Shown: positions 53,216 through 64,000 of the stretch, piece after piece
Numbering within the stretch: the first letter of the stretch is position 1
How the letters are laid out: every line of letters begins with the position of its first letter
DNA from: Eledone cirrhosa
Lineage: Eukaryota
Assembly: GCA_964016885.1 (NCBI GenBank)
Contig: OZ024740.1
Coordinates: forward strand, 376,650,001 to 376,714,000
Direction: 5' to 3'
Length of the DNA: 64,000 nucleotides
Translations under genes and position numbers: made by a program
The notes under the pieces: generated by a model
The model's input: only the letters and a program-made list of their open reading frames with translations
What the model was told of the DNA's origin: nothing
The model's database searches: none

Positions 53216-53699
53216 TCTATGCATAAACATATATACATATACATACATATGCATAGACATATTTACACATTTTTGCATGGCCGTAGACTTTTATGAGTTC
53301 TTCCGCCCTTTGTCAAGTTTTGTTTTTTGTCCAGCAGGGTGTCCAAAATCAACCTACTCAACAAGTAAACTTGATGGGGTTGCCGATTTAGTCATCGGCG
53401 ACACGACCATGTGACAGGTTGTACTGGGTGACATGTTACCATTAGCACATAAGAGTAACACGTCATAGCATACATGCATACATACATAGTCAGTCAACGC
53501 GATCAGTCGTACATTTTTGCGTCGGAGACTATTCATTAAATAAAAGATGAATACTATCCCCGAGAGTAATGCCACAACAACCAGTCATGTTGAATAACTG
53601 GGTATTCTTCTAACTATATCCACGGAAGACACATGTCATTCGAATTCGTAGAGATCTCAGACTAAATACATAATTCATTTTACTAGGATTTGCTACAAA

Positions 53700-56600
53700 C
53701 AGCATGGCTGAACACAACATCAGTGGAATACCGAAGAAAAACGAGAAAGATAAACAAAATTTATTCAGTTGTAGCTTCAGAAGATAGTAGCGTCATGCTA
53801 CTAGATTTCCTAGTAACCAGGTCGAACAGTGCCTTGAAACAACTATGCCTGTAAGAAATTTGACACCACGTGTACCATCTAAGTCTACCTCGAATGCTGG
53901 GGAAAACACTATCGGTAATAATAATAATCCAAGAAATAATAATAATAATAATCGAAGAAATTTGACACCACGTGTACCATCTGAGTCTACCTCGACTATT
54001 GTGGAAAATACTATCGATAGTGATAATAATTAAAAGTATAAACAATTGAAAATTTCCCTCAACGATATCTTCCAGAGAGAAATTAATTCATGTATAAACA
54101 TTTCTCTTGCTGAACGTATTAAAACAACAATATTTAATTTAAAAAACCAAATAATGGAATATTACGTGTTATTGACGAAATAGGGGATGAATATTTACGA
54201 CGGATAAAAACCCCAACATTTTGGCAAATCAACGCCTGTTTATATGCCTTAGCAACGACAGTGAAGCATTATCTTGGTGATAGCAGAGATATTAACAAGA
54301 ACAAAACACCACCATAAATACCATCATATATAACTAAAATAGAAAAAAAAGATTACTGACCAACGAAAAACCATAGGATACGTGACAATGCTCCTTACAT
54401 GCAAACAAACACAAAAAACGTCACTCCTCACCAACAAAGAGTGAAAAATAAAATAGAAACGATGTTTGGTAGAACCAGAACTCTTCAATATAAGCTGATC
54501 ACCATCAAACAAGAATTGAGAGCTGTTAGCGAAAAACGCCGATACCTGAAGAAGGTAGATGAAAGAAAGGTGCTTAATAAAGGATTCAGACGAAACCAAA
54601 CATCAGTCTATAGAGATATGAAGGACAAAATAATAAGTGTCACTGAGGCCCCATCCCAGAAAGACATTGATTCCTTTTGGAGAAAAATATGGGGTGAAAA
54701 AAAAGTTTCAACCAAGATGCAGTGTGGCTGAAAGAAATCCGAAAGAACTATTGCTCCTACACTACAACAAAAACATACAAAATAAGTGAGAGTACCCTTG
54801 TGACTGTGATAGGAAAATTCCAAGGTGAGAAAACACCAGGAAGAGACATGATTTTCGGCTACTGGTACAAAAAACTGATCGGAGGAATCTTACCGACTTC
54901 TACCAACAAGTTCTCAAGGTAGATACACTTATACCAGATTGGTTGACATTAGCACAAACATTACTGGTCCCCAAGAACAAAAACACCCACCTGGCAAAAA
55001 ACTACCGACTCATTGCATGCCAGAACCTGATGTATAAGATGTATACAGCCTGCATGAACCTATTCCTCCAAGATCACTGAAACTAATAACATCATCACAG
55101 ATGAACAAGCAGCTGGAAAGAAAGGGGTTTGGGGATGTGCTGAACAACTCCTAATCAACAAAACTGCGATGTCGAAGGCGCGACAACTTAGGAGGAATAT
55201 GTCTACAGTCTGGCTGGACTACAGGAAAGCTTTCGATTCTGTTCCCCACTCTTGGATGATAGTGGCCCTCCGACTGTCTAAAGTCCCAGACATTATTATC
55301 AGAGCCATAGAGAAGCTGTCTTCTTCTTGGGCTACTATCCTAAAGTTAAAAACAGAGAAGGATGACTTTATTTTCACTTATAAAATAAAATATCGCAGGG
55401 GTATATTTCAGGGAGACAGTCTCTCTGTGATATTATTCATTCTGTCATTAAACCCCTTGTCCTTTCTGCTCAAGGAATGTGAAGGATACATCATTGGCTC
55501 ACAGGAGGACAGAAATACGAACCTAACCCATAATTTCTTTGTGGATGATCTGAAAGTCTATGCCAAGAACATGGATGGCATGAAGAAAAATCTTGACCTG
55601 GCTACAACATTCTCAAAGAATATAGGAATGGAGTTTGGCCAAGATAAATGCTCATATATCAATGTAAAGCGGGGAAAAACAACAACCCAATCTAGCAACA
55701 TTTGTATCAATGGCCTAACTGTTTCACCAATATCTGATGAGAACTGCTACAGATACCTGGGGATAGATTAGAACATATCCTATAATGGTATATATAATAA
55801 GGAGCGCGTAACCAGGGAATACTACACCCGATTAAGAAAGATATGGTCATCAGAACACTCTGCGCAAAAACAAAACAGTGGCTCACAATGTGTTTGTTGT
55901 GCCTGTCTAACACCAACTTTTGGAATACTCAATTGGACGATAGACAAAATCCGAGCGATTGATGTTAGAAATCGAAAAATACTACACAACACCGGAAACT
56001 TCCACATCAATGGTGACATAGACAGCCTTCACTTGAAACGTAAGCAGGAAGGCAGAGGCCTAACATCAGTCCAGACAACTTTTGAATGTCGCATCATATC
56101 CCTCCCGTGTCTCGAGGAAGTATATCTGCATGAAACAGATATGATCCTGAGAGTTGGAACTCCTCGAGAGGTATTCCCTGTGTGATAATCAAAATCTCAC
56201 AGTCAGAGAAGACGCTCAGCAGTATCGCAGTGAATCCATGGATGGAAAACTGCATGCTTATCAGCAAAAAATCATGCATGGATATGTTGCCAGGAAGCTC
56301 CAGAGTGAGAGTAATATAGATAAAGAAAGTAGTCTATATTAGACCAACAACCGCTATATTGGCTCCCACTTTGAAGGATACTCTTTTGCAATCAAAGAAC
56401 AGTAAATCAACAAGAAAAACCTGATTCACAAACGAGAATGGAATGCAGGCAAAACACCTAGATGTAATAACAAGAGCAGACTCTGCAGAATTAACATCGA
56501 AGATGTCACCCATGTCATAAGCAGCTGTCCAAAGATGTCATCGCGGTACTATCTACCTATGAGGCATGATGTAGTGGCCAACATACTGTACAATGTAATC

Positions 56601-57270
56601 CGTAGAAACGATAGCCCCGATAATAAACATATTTAAAGCTGCAGCATTGTGGAAGACATAGATATATATAATATGAAAGAGTACTGGTGGAATCTTCCAG
56701 TAAAAACCCCAATAAAAAGCAGACACTAAGACCAGATATTATGATATGGGACAGGGAAGAGAGGGCATGCACAGTAGTTAGCTGTCCAGCAGATGCCAAT
56801 ATAATATCAAGGATTAGCGAAAAGGAGAATATTTATGCAGAACTGATGAGAAATCTGCAGATACTCCACCCTGATTACACCTTCAGATTTATGCCTGTGA
56901 TTATTGGGGCACTGGGGTATGTTAGTAAGTGCCTCAATACAAATCTTGAGAAGCTGGACTTCACAGGAACATAAAGAATACAACTAGTTTGGAAATTACA
57001 AGTACAATCCATTAATGGAACAGTAAAAATATGTAAAACATTCCAAAAATATTGCATCTAATAACTTCATATACACATGTACAGATACTAAGCACACATA
57101 AAACTCAAAACATACACATCCACACATACAATAACATCCATATATACACATGCATGCATACATATCTACCTAGTTGATGTGTAAATTTCCAGAGAAAGTC
57201 TTTATCTGTGTTAGAAACCGACTCTCTCTATTGGCAAAATTGTGAAATTATAAAACCAGAAGAACATACA
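53700..57270 (+). mobile_element. near full-length, pseudogenised R4-like retrotransposon, family 2
   Basis: Fragmented ORF with KTPGRD, DYRKAFDSVPHSW, QGDSLSV, FVDDLK, YRYLG, H..SSC, RHD and RPDIMIWD. Many stops and frameshifts. 3' UTR ends AAACCAGAAGAACATACA. The 5' boundary is uncertain and may extend to the CATA tracts at 53221-53490. Confidence 0.85.
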
Positions 57271-57272
57271 TC

Positions 57273-57414
<142 letters not shown>

Positions 57415-57515
57415 AGTATTGAAGTTTCCGTTGAAAATTGAAAAAGTCATAGGATTGAAGAGTGCTATATGTAAGTTACAGAGCTGAATTTAATGTTTAA
57501 TAAACAACACAATAT

Positions 57516-57593
57516 AATTACCTCATTATCAGAGGTTTCCAGAATAAGACGAATACAAGAAACGCCCTCATTCGTTCGTCAGACAAGGCAATT
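57516..57593 (-). ncRNA. hammerhead ribozyme motif in inverted pLTR
   Basis: CUGACGA and GAAA intact, 11-bp stem I. One stem III mismatch (ACCucuGAU-A). Confidence 0.6.
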
Positions 57594-57601
57594 TAAAACA
57601 T

Positions 57602-58054
57602 ATCCTCAATAAGAAAATACCCAGAGATCATCAAAATTCCTCCTGTAGAGTGAAAAGTGAATGCCCATTACAAGGTAAATGCAACATCAAAGCCATTGTA
57701 TATGCGGCTCAATTGACAACCACCAGCAACAACCTACTAGCCACCAGCGAACGATATGTGGGTATGACACAAGACAAATTCAAAACGCGTTATTACTCAC
57801 ATGCCGCATCTTTCCGATATCCTGAAAAAAGATTTACAACAGCTCTGGCTAGCAGAATATGGGATTTGAAAGACCAAGGTATCCAATATAAATTAGATTG
57901 GTCAATTTTGAATCAATCTCAAAAATATGCAAGAGGAACAAGAAGATGCGCACTCTGCATAAGTGAAAAATATTGGATTTTACAGAACCTAAAATCATCA
58001 AGAGCCTGCCTAAATGCAAAAACAGAATTTTTCACCAGTTGCCCACACATATAA
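57602..58054 (+). CDS. C-terminal GIY-YIG endonuclease of the Penelope element (5'-truncated, frame open)
   Basis: ECPLQGKC..KAIVY...YVGMT..KFKTRYYSH...CALCISEK...LN...CPH. Confidence 0.8.
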   Translation: MLNKKIPRDHQNSSCRVKSECPLQGKCNIKAIVYAAQLTTTSNNLLATSERYVGMTQDKFKTRYYSHAASFRYPEKRFTTALASRIWDLKDQGIQYKLDWSILNQSQKYARGTRRCALCISEKYWILQNLKSSRACLNAKTEFFTSCPHI

Positions 58055-58562
58055 TCACACTTGCTTTCCAGCTCAAATAAACTTAACTCACTTTCAGATA
58101 CTTATCCTCCATAAACTCTTGTTCTTCACTTTCCTTAACTTACCTCCTTTACAGTCTTCTCTTTCTGATTTACTTTTATTTTTATTTTTAACTTTATTTT
58201 TACTTCACATCCACCAGTGATCCCCACCCCCTGCTTTATGATTCGCTTACTTTATACCTTCACCATTTTACATATTTTACTCCCCGATTTTCTTTCACTA
58301 CCTGATATCACTAGTCACTTGCGTTTTCAACTCCAGATATATTCTGTTGTCCCTCAGCCGCTTTTATGTATGTTTACTTGCGTATAATTTGTACTCATTT
58401 ATTCATACGGCTGGTTTTTATATTGTATGTATGCCTGAAGTGTGCATATGTGTGTATACGTGTTTGTATATGTATATGAATGCATTCGTATGTACGCGTG
58501 TATGTGTATATGTGTGTGTATGTGTGTTTTTATATCTATGTTTTTTTACATACTTATATATA

Positions 58563-58621
<59 letters not shown>

Positions 58622-59399
58622 ATATATATATATGTATATATATAGATGGTCGCGTGCGTGCGTGTGATTAGATGTACATGTATGTATATATATATGTGAT
58701 TCGTGTGTATGTATGCGCGCGTTTGTATGTATGTACGCATGTATGTGCTCTTGTCTGTACGTATTTATATATATATTTTTATATTTATATATGTATGTGT
58801 ACGAACCTCTGTATGTTTTCTATTTGGCTAGTGTTACTTTATAATTGATACCCCTACCTCTTACTTTCTCTTTGATTTAATTTTTTTATTGTCATATATT
58901 TTTTCATTTTCATATTTTACATTTTTATATATATATCGACCTTCAGCCTGACACTGCTTTGACTGATACACTCCCTTCCCTGTATATATCACATGCATGT
59001 ATGTGGTTGCGCGTGTGTGTGTGTGTTTATACGCGTGCTTTCATACTTGTATGTGTGTATATTTCAATCCTTAGTCCCTGAGTCTGTATGTACGCTAACT
59101 CTATTATCTTACAATTTCTTTTTTCAACATATATTATATACGTATTTGTGGTAACACATACACTGATATGCTTGCCCTCATGTATGTACTTACGCACACA
59201 TTCTTTCTCTATACGCATGCATTTGTACATACACACATATGTACATTTGTAGGTGCATATACACACATTTATAGACATACCCTTACTATATTTCCTGATT
59301 TTTTTTGTATATCTCTTGCATTACATTTATTTATATATTTTTTTGCCCGTTAAACTTTTGCCTTTCTTGAGGAGATTTTTCAAATATTTCACTGTTTTA

Positions 59400-59460
59400 A
59401 ATTGCCTTGTCTGACGAACGAATGAGGACGTTTCGGGAAACCTCTGGTAATGGGGTAATT
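59400..59460 (+). ncRNA. hammerhead ribozyme motif in pLTR
   Basis: AAUUGCCUUGU-CUGACGA-(shortened stem II)-GAA-ACCucuGGU-A/AUGGGGUAAUU. Confidence 0.62.
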
Positions 59461-59481
59461 ATATTGTATTGTTTATTATAC

Positions 59482-59547
<66 letters not shown>

Positions 59548-59571
59548 TAACAGATTAAAATTTAAGCAAAG

Positions 59572-59642
59572 AATCACTGCTTTCAACTTTAACGAGATCT
59601 TCTGAAACTCAGAAGAACCCGTTAAGGGTGAAAGCAGCGATT
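59572..59642. repeat. imperfect 34-bp-arm hairpin
   Basis: AATCACTGCTTTCAACTTTAACGAGATCTTCTGA-aac-TCAGAAGAACCCGTTAAGGGTGAAAGCAGCGATT. Confidence 0.85.
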
Positions 59643-60177
59643 TTTTCATCTTATTTTAATAAATATTTGCTCTATGGTTTCTTATACATATTTATCCTTA
59701 TGGAACCCTCTCTGGATTTTAGTCTTCACATTTATTATTATTACTATATATATATATATATATATAATTATAGTGTGATTACATTTAAAAAGAGAAATTC
59801 CATTTAAAAATTGCATCTCCTTAGAAAAAACTAATGCGTGCACAATGATATGCAAAAACTCCACGGAACCGTAGATGTGGTAGGGCATATGCGAAAAACC
59901 CACGTAATATTTGTTAACTAAATTTCTAGTGACGTCACAGATAACTGCCATTTGCAATTAAACATGCACATGTACATGCATGTGCATGCAAAGGGGACAT
60001 ATCACTCACATAGTTTGATAGATTAATAAATGGAAAATAGGAATAACGGTAAAACTAATTGTTTTTACAAAAGATTAGATATTTTATTTGAATTCAATTT
60101 TTTATTATTTCTGTATTCATAATAAAGCTCTGACCATTGTTTCTTTCTTTCTCCGTTCTGTGGAGAAAGAGATAAAC

Positions 60178-60220
60178 ACAGAGAGAAATAGAGAGAGAAA
60201 GTGAGTGAGAAAGTATATGG

Positions 60221-60252
<32 letters not shown>

Positions 60253-60540
60253 GAGAGTGAGAGAGAGAATGATTTGAAGAATCTCTCGCTGCTTTCTTTA
60301 CGACTAACTTCTCTTTTTCTTCAAATCTCTATATATCTGCCTCAACCTTTCTCCACTCCATCTCTCTCTCTCTCTCTCTCTCTCTGCGTATGTATATATA
60401 TATATATATAGGCAGATAAACAGACAACCAGACAGATAGACAGATAGACAGACGAACAATAAAGGAAACGGCATACATACATACATACATACATACATAC
60501 ATACATACATACATACATACATACATACATACATACACAC
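60178..60540. repeat. (GA)n, (CT)n, (GACA)n and (CATA)n microsatellite cluster
   Basis: Directly visible. Confidence 0.9.
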
Positions 60541-60559
60541 ATCTAAAAAAAAAAGTCTC

Positions 60560-60831
60560 AAATCTGTCTTAAGCCAGAAGGCTTATTTGGCCGGTGCTTC
60601 TCCCGGTTTCATGGCGTGAAGCGACTGAGAGTACAAGACTCTCCATGGACATGACGCCAGTCCATCGCAGCGTTAAACCTCCAGCTATTGCTGGTACTCA
60701 TTTTCAGCTGAGTATACTGCAGCAACGTGAAATGAAGTGTTTTGCCAAGAACACGACACGCAACCCAGGAATCGAGCCCACGCCATTGTTATCATAAGTC
60801 CGACACCCTTACCATTAGGCCACGGGCCTCC
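60560..60831 (-). mobile_element. tRNA-derived SINE family B (V-domain-like), full length
   Basis: Minus strand GGAGGCCCGTGGCCTAATGGTAAG...GGCTCGATTCC...GTTCTTGGCAAAACACTT...ACTCAGCTGAAAATGAGTACC...GCGATGGACTGGCGTC. Confidence 0.75.
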
Positions 60832-60856
60832 ACACATACACACATACAAACAAACA

Positions 60857-61168
60857 AGGAAATTACAAGTACAATCCATTAATGGAGCAGTAAAAAAATA
60901 TGTAAAACATTCCATTAATTCTGCATGAAATAACTGCATGCATACATGTACAGATACAAAACATTTGCACATGCACACACATAACGTAAAGCATACACCT
61001 CCACACATACATTAACATCCATACCTACACACACACACACATTCAGACTTGCATACATTTCTCTGCCAAGTTGATGTTTAAATTCCAATAAAATAGTCTT
61101 CTGTCTATGTTAGAAACCGATTCTCTGTGTATTAGTAAACATTTATAAAATTTTAAAACCAGAACTTA
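60857..61168 (+). mobile_element. 3'-end fragment of R4-like family 2
   Basis: RKLQVQSINGAVK plus a 3' UTR matching 56991-57270. Followed by (CATA)n. Confidence 0.8.
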
Positions 61169-61394
61169 CATACATGCATACATACATACATACATACATA
61201 CATACATACATACATACATACATACATACATACACACATACACACATACATACATACATACATACATACATACATACATACATACATACATACATACATA
61301 CATACATACATACATACATACATGAAGATAAATAGATAGACATGGCTTTTAAGACAAGAAATAAAGTAGGACATACATACATACATGTATGTAT
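61168..61394. repeat. (CATA)n microsatellite, switching to (TATG)n at about 61386
   Basis: Directly visible. Confidence 0.95.
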
Positions 61395-63155
61395 GTTCTT
61401 CTGGTTTTATAATTTCACAAAGTTTTACCAATAGAGAGAGAGTCGTTTTCTAACATAGACACAAGACTCTCTCATTGGAATTTACACAACATCAACTAGG
61501 TAGGTAAGTATGTATGCATGCATGTGTAGATATGGATGTTATTGTATGTGTGGATGTGTATGTTTTGAGTTGTATGTGTGCATTTGTATATGCTTTGCAT
61601 CTGTATATGTGTATATGCAGTTATTAGATGCAACATTTTTGGAATGTCTGACATATGTTTACTGTTCCATTAATGGATTGTACTTGTAATTTCCTAACTA
61701 GTTGTCTTCTTTCTGTTCCTGTGAAGGCTAGCTTATCAAGATTTGTATTGAGGCAGTTACTAACATATCCCAGTACCCCAATAATCACAGGCATAAATCT
61801 GAAAGTGTAATCAGGGTGGAGTATCTGCAGATTTCTCATCAGTTCTGCATAAATATTCTCCTTTTCGCTAATCCTTGATATTATATTGGCATCTGCTGGG
61901 CAGCTAATTTCCACTACTCTGCTTGCTTTCTTCTCCCTGACCCATATCATAATATCTGGTCTGTTATGCTTGCATTTTATTGGGGTTTTACTGGAACATT
62001 CCACCAGTACTCTTTCATATTATGTACATGGATGTCTTCCACATTGCTGTAGCTTTTAATGTGTTTATTATCGGGGCTATCTTTTTTACGAACTGCATTG
62101 TACAGTGTTTTGGCCACTATATCATGCCTCATAGGTAGATAGTACCGCGAGGACATCTTTGGACAGCTGCTGATGACATAGGTGATATCTTCGATGTTAG
62201 TTCTGCAGAGTCTTCTTGTTATCACATCTAGGTATTTTGCCTGCATCCATATCTCTTTTGTGAATCAGGTATTTCGTGCTAATCTCCTGTTCCTGGATTG
62301 CAAAAGCGTATCCTTCAAAGTGGGAGCCAATATAGCGGTTGTTGGTCCAAGATAGACTGCTTTCCTTATCTATATTACTCTCACTCTCGACCTTCCTGGC
62401 AACATATCCATGCATGATTTTTTGCTGATAGGCATGCAGTTTTTCAGCCATGGATTCACTGCGATACTGCTGAGCGACATCCCTGGGTGTGAGTTTTTGA
62501 ATATCACACAGGGAATATCTCTCGAGAAGTTCGTTCCCAACTCTCATGATCTCATCTGTTTCATGCAGATAGACTTGCTCGAGAAACGGGCTCCTACGCT
62601 TCGAGGTTCGTAGATGTTGTCGGAGAGATATGATGCGACATTCAAATGTTGTCTGGACTGATGTTAGGCCTCTGCCTCCCTGCTTACGTTTCAAGTAAAG
62701 GTGGTCTATGTTACTGTTGATGTGGAAATTTCCGGTGTTGTTCAGTATTTTTCGAGTTCCAACATCAACTGCACGGATTTCTTCTATCGTCCAATCGAGT
62801 ATTCCAAACGTTGGTGTTAGGACAGGCACAGCAAACACATTGTGAGCCACTGTTTTGTTTTGCGCAGAGAGTTCCGATGACCAGATCTTTCTAAGCGGGT
62901 GTAGTATTCCTTGGTTACCCTTTCTTTATTACAGATACTATTATAGGATATGTTCTCATCTATCCCCAGGTATCTGTAGCAGTCCTCATCAGATATCGGT
63001 GAAACAGTTAGACCATTGATGACAATGTTGCTAGATTGGGTTGTTGTTTTTCCCCGCTTTACAGAAATGTATGAGCATTTATCTTGGCCAAACTACATTC
63101 CTATATGCTTTGAGAACGTTGTAATCAGGTCAAGATTTTTCTTCATCCCATCCAT
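61386..63155 (-). mobile_element. 5'-truncated R4-like family 2 copy
   Basis: ORFs 62197-62850, 61977-62246 and 61624-62004 match 55570-57060. (CATA)n in element sense on both ends. Confidence 0.88.
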
Positions 63156-63348
63156 GTATGTATGTATATATGTATGTCAGGTCGATCTTTAGCGCTACTG
63201 GTAGCATGTATGTATGTTTTCTTCATCCCACGTGTATGTATGTTTTCATACCACGTGTATGTATGTTTTCATCCCACATCTATGTATGTTTTCTTCATCC
63301 CACCCATGTATGTATGTATATATGTATGTATGTATATATGTATGTATG

Positions 63349-64000
63349 TCAGGTCGCTCTTTAGCGCTACTGGTAGCATGTAACCCCGTACAACCTGTGC
63401 ATGGTCGGGTCTTTGGCGACTAAAAGGGCAGAGGAACTGAGGAGAGGCAACGGCTATCCAGTAAAGGTTTTGGGGAGTGAGAGACTCCTAGTATTTATTA
63501 AGATATCTCTCTAGGAGAAGGTCACTTTGATATAAAACCTACGACTTTGTTTGCATCCAATGGTGTAGACTGGTTCTGTTTGGGCAAATGCATTCGATGT
63601 TCAAAGAGTGGGATTGGCCCCATGCAAAGCCTTTCCTCACTTAAAAAAGCTTCAAGCACAGGCATCGCGTGTGGCATCCATCATTCATGCATGCATTCAT
63701 GTATGATGGCTGCAGCACCATTTCGTGTAATGCCATCGCTTGATCCATAAGCATGAACATCACGGACGTGGTTTTTTAGTCTTGCTAGGGACTTGCCTAT
63801 GGCCAACACTCATGCATCGCAAAAAATGCCACATATCAAGCGATGCTTCTGCTTGAAGCTTTTTTAAGTGAGGAAAGGCTTTGCATGGGGCCAAAATAAC
63901 TCTTTGAGCATCGAATGCATTTGCCCAAACAGAACCAGTCTACACCATTGGATGCAAAAAAAGTCGCAGGTTTTATATCAGAGTGACCTTCTCCTAGAGA
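63349..64000. mobile_element. RTE-type 5' UTR-like element with an inverted partial duplicate
   Basis: Contains CTCTAGGAGAAGGTCACTTTGATATAAAACC. 63508-63658 is the reverse complement of 63850-64000, and the right arm runs off the window. Confidence 0.6.

Noticed and set aside
63352-63450. HDV-like or twister ribozyme at the start of the RTE-like leader
   Set aside because: GGUCGCU/GGCGACU could be a 7-bp P1, but P3/L3, P1.1 and the twister AAGC loop could not be placed.

Overview
This window is AT-rich, microsatellite-dense eukaryotic (metazoan) DNA with no host gene that I can support. The repeat landscape suggests a mollusc, probably an octopus or other coleoid cephalopod, but that is inference. 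Recognisable coding sequence is all from transposable elements: (1) R4/Dong-like non-LTR retrotransposons with RT, CCHC and restriction-like endonuclease, in at least three families, including a near-intact 1216-codon copy broken by a single TGG>TAG change; (2) Tx1-like, CRE-like and RTE-like LINE fragments; (3) two Neptune-type Penelope elements with GIY-YIG endonuclease and inverted pseudo-LTRs; (4) a decayed hATm-like DNA transposon; (5) a non-autonomous Helitron; (6) two tRNA-derived SINE families. Most short ORFs in the track are microsatellite artefacts. The main hidden signal is a concentration of type I hammerhead ribozyme motifs. A 419-nt tandem unit (9.7-10.7 kb) and an unrelated 443-nt unit (13.45-14.04 kb) each carry a minimal hammerhead with a palindromic or near-palindromic stem III and upstream octamer motif(s), resembling non-LTR retrozymes. 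Hammerheads also occur in all four Penelope pLTRs, with several relics elsewhere. All structures were folded by eye and none has been tested.
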